Shown: piece by piece, positions 59,913 through 64,000 of the stretch
How the letters are laid out: every line of letters begins with the position of its first letter
Numbering within the stretch: position 1 is the first letter of the stretch
From: Nitrososphaerota archaeon
Lineage (GTDB): Archaea > Thermoproteota > Nitrososphaeria > Nitrososphaerales > JACQRY01
Assembly: GCA_016184315.1 (NCBI GenBank)
Contig: JACPCU010000011.1
Span: 24,161 to 88,160 of the forward strand
Direction: 5' to 3'
DNA: 64,000 nt
Made by a program: the position numbers and the translations under genes
Notes under the pieces: model-generated
Told to the model about the DNA's origin: nothing
What the model saw: only the letters and a program-made list of their open reading frames with translations
The model's database searches: none

Positions 59913-60998
59913 ATGCCCGAGGTAGTCGTAACCGATCTGATAAAGAAGTTCGGCACAGTCCAAGCTGTTGAGAACGTAAGTCTGACTGTTCCCGACGGAA
60001 AACTGATGACGCTTCTAGGTCCTAGCGGCTGCGGTAAGACTACGACCCTTCGCTGTATCGCCGGCCTCGAAGACCCTGACGCCGGGGAGATCAGGATCGG
60101 TTCCAAAGTAATGTTCGGTCAAGGAAAGAATGTTCCACCTGAAGCTAGGCAAGTGGGTATGGTCTTTCAGTCATACGCCATATGGCCGCATATGAAGGTC
60201 TTTGACAATATTGCTTTTCCCCTTAAGATCAGGCATGTCTCTTCCAATGAGATCAAGGACAAGGTTCGATCAGTCATGCAGAGAGTCAGGCTTGAAACAT
60301 TAGAAGACAGACCTGCCACTGATCTCAGCGGTGGCCAGCAGCAGAGAGTCGCCTTAGCAAGAGCCTTGGTTCACGACCCACAGATTCTGCTCTTGGACGA
60401 GCCTTTGAGCAACCTTGACGCAGAGCTCAGAGACTACATGCGCATAGAGCTAAGAGAGCTTCAACGCAGCTTGGGCATAACAACTATCTATGTTACCCAC
60501 GACCAAGTAGAAGCCCTATCCATATCTGACCACGTGACAGTGTTGAACGGAGGTAAAATAGTCTCTACTGGTAGCCCACGGGACATATACGTTAGGCCAG
60601 ACAACCGTTTCGTAGCCTCCTTCGTAGGAAAGACCAACTTCATAGTCGGAAAACTAAGCGGAGGCCCAGAGAAAGATCATTACGTCAAGGTTGAAACACC
60701 GATCGGCCCCATCTACTGCCACGGCCACGGAGTTAAGGATACTAGCGGCGATGTCCTGGTTTCCATCAAGCCTGAAAACATAGTCGTCTCCGACAAGGCT
60801 CCTACAGACAAAATGAACGTCTTTGAAGGCAAAGTAGAGGTCACATCTTACCTAGGGGCCTTCACCGAAGTTCAAGTCTCATCAGGCGGCCAATCTATAC
60901 GTGTTCACGCAAAGTCAGACGAAGTCAACTTTGAGAAGGGCTCCAAGGTCTACGTGAAGTTCCCTCCAACCTACTGCGCCCTGATTGCGCCCACCTAA
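59913..60998 (+). CDS. ABC transporter ATP-binding protein (PotA/MalK-like with TOBE domain)
   Basis: GPSGCGKTT, LSGGQQQR, LLLDEP, VTHDQ. Confidence 0.95.
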   Translation: MPEVVVTDLIKKFGTVQAVENVSLTVPDGKLMTLLGPSGCGKTTTLRCIAGLEDPDAGEIRIGSKVMFGQGKNVPPEARQVGMVFQSYAIWPHMKVFDNIAFPLKIRHVSSNEIKDKVRSVMQRVRLETLEDRPATDLSGGQQQRVALARALVHDPQILLLDEPLSNLDAELRDYMRIELRELQRSLGITTIYVTHDQVEALSISDHVTVLNGGKIVSTGSPRDIYVRPDNRFVASFVGKTNFIVGKLSGGPEKDHYVKVETPIGPIYCHGHGVKDTSGDVLVSIKPENIVVSDKAPTDKMNVFEGKVEVTSYLGAFTEVQVSSGGQSIRVHAKSDEVNFEKGSKVYVKFPPTYCALIAPT

Positions 60999-61103
60999 GC
61001 CCACAGTCGCAGCCTTAGACCTGCCTAGCACCTAGGATCCCTAAAGCTAAGTATCTTCTATGCGAATCGCCAACCATGGCAATTCTATGAGGGTTGGGGG
61101 AGT

Positions 61104-61787
61104 CTATGATACTACTGTCGGAGCCGCCTTGCCGACCTTAGTGTCTGGGCTTCTAGTCCACATCGCGATTAATTCGCCGCTGGTAGCCAATGTTCCGAAG
61201 TGGTTCTTCATGTTGGTTTCAGTGGATTCCTGTAACACTTTGCTATAGGTGGCGGTGCAGTCCTTCAAGAAAATTATATGGAAGTCTAGCATAGCGCCAT
61301 GTCTAGCAGTAGATTCTACGCAGACATTAGTTGCAGTTCCAGTGATGACGAGCGTCTTGATGTTTTTGGCTTTCAACACGATCTCCAAGTCAGTGCCGAT
61401 GAAGGCGCTGTAGCGATGTTTGTCGACGATGTATTCGCCGGTTCTGGGAGTGAACTCGGGGTGTTCTTCGAACCATTCTGCGCCCCAGCTTCCTCGCCTA
61501 GCCACCTTTGACATGGCCTTTGGACCTCCCCTGCGTTTCCAAGCATCGGTGTCAGTGTACTCTGAGTGGATGTTGCGGGTATGTATGATCAGAATACCGT
61601 TTTCCCTGCAATACGTAAGGAGGTGGACTAGCTTGGGTGCCATTTCTTCAACCATCGAAACATCGCTTCCACGTTGACAGAGCGATCCTTTTCTGCTACA
61701 GTAATCGTTCTGCATATCTATGACTATGAGCGCCGTGTGCTTCGGGTCGATCAGTTCTTCAAAACTCCATTCTGATTCTGTTTCCAA
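61104..61787 (-). CDS. Isochorismatase-family cysteine hydrolase
   Basis: VIDMQNDY, DKHRYSAF, GTATNVCVESTAR. Confidence 0.92.
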   Translation of the reverse strand: METESEWSFEELIDPKHTALIVIDMQNDYCSRKGSLCQRGSDVSMVEEMAPKLVHLLTYCRENGILIIHTRNIHSEYTDTDAWKRRGGPKAMSKVARRGSWGAEWFEEHPEFTPRTGEYIVDKHRYSAFIGTDLEIVLKAKNIKTLVITGTATNVCVESTARHGAMLDFHIIFLKDCTATYSKVLQESTETNMKNHFGTLATSGELIAMWTRSPDTKVGKAAPTVVS

Positions 61788-61969
61788 GGTCAGATTTCAT
61801 GTTCAGCTGCTGTTATTTAGGGTTTCATTATCATTCTTCTGAGAAACAGGAAAGCGAATCTGTGATGGGCTGCAAAAAGACCGGGTTTGTTCGATCAGAT
61901 GTAAAATTCGGGATCCGATATTAAGCTCCTTTGCAGGGGAAAGTCGTTTATCTACCTTGATGGCGTGTT

Positions 61970-62470
61970 CTATAATTCGGGTTTTCCTAGAGCAGCCAAG
62001 ATCTCGCCGTGGCTCCTGCCGAAGTCTAGTTTCTGAGCCTCGGAGACAGGTATGAATCTGATCTCAGAGAACCAAGGCTGAGGCTTGGGCTCTCCACTCA
62101 CTGACGCTTCGTAGATGAAGCAAATATCCCAATGCGTCTCCCCTCTGTAAATAGAGCTTTCAGCGGCGAAGGACTTGACCAACGTCCTCCTCAATTCATA
62201 CGCCTTGATCTGCAGCTGTTCCTCCATGACTCTCTTCGCTGCCTGATCTGGATGCTCACCGAACTTCAGATAGCTGCACGGGATCTGCCATCTGTCTTTC
62301 CAACGCTCAGGATGGTCAAGAGCTAGGCACCATTTCTCCGCCCAAATCTCAGGTTGACCTATCTTAACCAGTAGGATCCCGTCGTTCTTCCTGATGATTA
62401 CGAAGGATGATAGACATGCACCGCCCTTCGGAGCCTCTCCCTCCTTAGGTCCAAATCGTGCGAACTTCAA
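61970..62470 (-). CDS. Nudix-fold protein with a degenerate Nudix box
   Basis: WQIP..YLKFGEHPDQAAKRVMEEQL...WDICFIY. Confidence 0.65.
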   Translation of the reverse strand: MKFARFGPKEGEAPKGGACLSSFVIIRKNDGILLVKIGQPEIWAEKWCLALDHPERWKDRWQIPCSYLKFGEHPDQAAKRVMEEQLQIKAYELRRTLVKSFAAESSIYRGETHWDICFIYEASVSGEPKPQPWFSEIRFIPVSEAQKLDFGRSHGEILAALGKPEL

Positions 62471-62553
62471 TTATTGCCACTACTCGTGTGACAAGTATGA
62501 AGAGATTTATGATTTGCGGTCGGGCTGAACGTAACTTAGTATTGATCTGTTTT

Positions 62554-62883
62554 TCAAGCCTTGGGATTAAGGATTTTGAGGATCTGCTCGACTGTTTCGG
62601 TGGTGAGCAGCTTCTTCCAACCTGATGTGAAGACTCTGATTTCGTCAACGGTCTTTGGAATTATGTTTACAAGTTCGGCTGCCTCTGAGTCTGTTAAGCG
62701 GCATTTGTCGATAAGCTGCTTCTTCATTTTGCTGGCTGTGTCAGCGTCGCTCTTTGAGAATTTCTCCAAATAGTCGATGGCGCGCTTCTGTATTTGATCA
62801 GCTTTGTCTGGCTCTATCTTCTTAAGGATTTCCTTGGCTTCCGCTAGTGGGATTATGGTCTTCCGCACTTTTTCCTCGCTCAC
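62554..62883 (-). CDS. rpo4: RNA polymerase subunit Rpo4 (RpoF)
   Basis: IPLAEAKEIL...IDYLEKFSK...ELVNIIPKTVDEIR; follows rpl21e. Confidence 0.88.
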   Translation of the reverse strand: MSEEKVRKTIIPLAEAKEILKKIEPDKADQIQKRAIDYLEKFSKSDADTASKMKKQLIDKCRLTDSEAAELVNIIPKTVDEIRVFTSGWKKLLTTETVEQILKILNPKA

Positions 62884-63176
62884 TGGCTCTTCTCCTCTAT
62901 GTGAGGCTTCACGTGTTCGAGGCGAGCTATTACTCTCTTCGTCTTTCCGCCTACTTTTACGTCGACTGTTAGTGTTCTGCGGCCGACTTCCTTCACGACT
63001 CCTACTAGGCCCTGGAATCTGCGGTGAGGCATTCCTTTGACTTGGCTTGCGTCGATGTTTATGACGACTTTGTCGTTGACCTTGTACTGTCTAAGGAGAG
63101 CTGTGAGGCCTCTGCCTGTGGACTTACTTGTCAGTAGGCTTCGGGTCTTCCTTCTGAATCCGTGACTTCTCGGCAA
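62880..63176 (-). CDS. rpl21e: 50S ribosomal protein L21e
   Basis: SHGFRRKTR, KGMPHRRFQG, RLEHVK. Confidence 0.97.
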   Translation of the reverse strand: MPRSHGFRRKTRSLLTSKSTGRGLTALLRQYKVNDKVVINIDASQVKGMPHRRFQGLVGVVKEVGRRTLTVDVKVGGKTKRVIARLEHVKPHIEEKSQ

Positions 63177-63248
63177 AGATGATTCTCCTTACGGTCTGCG
63201 AGGCGGCTTACGAATGTAGTTATTTAAGGCTTACAGCCCTAATGAGGC

Positions 63249-64000
63249 TCAGACGATCGTCTGATCGGGCCACATCATTTTGCGGAGACTGCGGCCAACC
63301 TTCTCGATTGGGTGCTGATCCAGTTTCCTCAGAAGATCATCGAAGGAGTCTGGGCCTTTCTTGGCATAGGCGTCAACCCATTCCTTGGCGAATTTGCCTG
63401 ACTGCACTTCTCTGAGGATCTTCTTCATGGAGCTCTTCACCTCTTGGCTCATGACTCGGTCTCCTCTTGTGAGTCCTCCGTAGCGGGCTGTTTCGCTGAC
63501 TCTCCTGTACATGCCAGGTATGCCGTATCTTTGGATAAGATCTACTATGAGCTTCAACTCGTGGAGGCATTCGAAGTAGGCTATTTCAGGCTGATATCCG
63601 CTGTCCACAAGGGTTTGAAACGCGTTTCTAATCATGGCGTCTACGCCTCCGCATAGGTCCACCTGTTCGCCGAACCAGTCTGTCTCCACTTCCTCCTTGA
63701 ATGTTGTCTTGATCAGACCTGCCCGGGCGCATCCGACTCCCTTCGCCATGCCTAGGATACGGTCCCAAGCTGTCTTGGTGTAATCTTGATCTACGGCTAC
63801 CAGCGCGGGCACACCGAAATTCTCTTTGTACAGTTCCCTGATGCGTTGACCAGGGGACTTGGGCGCCACCATAATTACATCCACCCATGAAGGAGACTTG
63901 ATCCATTTCCAGTGGACTGCCGCGCCGTGAGAGAAGCCTAATGCCTTGCCTTTCTTCAAATTCTCCTTAATCTCCTCGCGGTAAACCTTGGCTTGAACCA
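63249..64000 (-). CDS. ilvC: Ketol-acid reductoisomerase (5' end outside the window)
   Basis: GFSHG, MVAPKSPG, TDWFGEQVDLCGG, AYFECLHE, SETARYG; frame open to the window edge. Confidence 0.96.
   Translation of the reverse strand, partial: VQAKVYREEIKENLKKGKALGFSHGAAVHWKWIKSPSWVDVIMVAPKSPGQRIRELYKENFGVPALVAVDQDYTKTAWDRILGMAKGVGCARAGLIKTTFKEEVETDWFGEQVDLCGGVDAMIRNAFQTLVDSGYQPEIAYFECLHELKLIVDLIQRYGIPGMYRRVSETARYGGLTRGDRVMSQEVKSSMKKILREVQSGKFAKEWVDAYAKKGPDSFDDLLRKLDQHPIEKVGRSLRKMMWPDQTIV

Overview
Archaeal chromosome segment, probably Nitrososphaeria/Thaumarchaeota-related (inferred from rpl21e-rpo4, PAC2, archaeal TATA/SD signals and the nuo order flanked by a GGR-like oxidoreductase and a polyprenyl synthase). 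(1) 0.2-7.5 kb: eight tightly packed toxin-antitoxin (TA) pairs (VapBC x5, RelBE, MazEF, a DUF2283 pair). From 2.4 kb on, every inter-module spacer carries one co-oriented, degenerate copy of a tRNA 3'-end (GGTTCAAATCCCACCGGGCCCGC[CA]). This looks like a cassette array built by repeated site-specific integration; no integrase is in the window. (2) 7.8-23 kb: mixed accessory/housekeeping genes (Lrp-like, SagB-like, msrB, GIY-YIG, a ninth TA pair, YVTN propeller, DASS and EamA transporters). (3) 23.7-40.4 kb: malic enzyme and a 12-gene complex-I-like operon with two nuoM copies and a 26-aa NuoL helix duplication, then a prenyl synthase and an aminotransferase. (4) 40.5-45.8 kb: two OCD/mu-crystallin + M24 peptidase pairs. 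(5) 46-58.5 kb: a partly decayed copper/metal island (copA, two CPxxH mini-proteins, TRASH-ClpP fusion, CcdA-like, HesB, His/Met-repeat protein) with a shared upstream palindrome. (6) 58.9-64 kb: SDR, orphan ABC ATPase, isochorismatase, Nudix-like, rpo4, rpl21e, partial ilvC. No CRISPR array, rRNA or complete tRNA was seen. Family calls come from motif recognition by eye, not from database searches.
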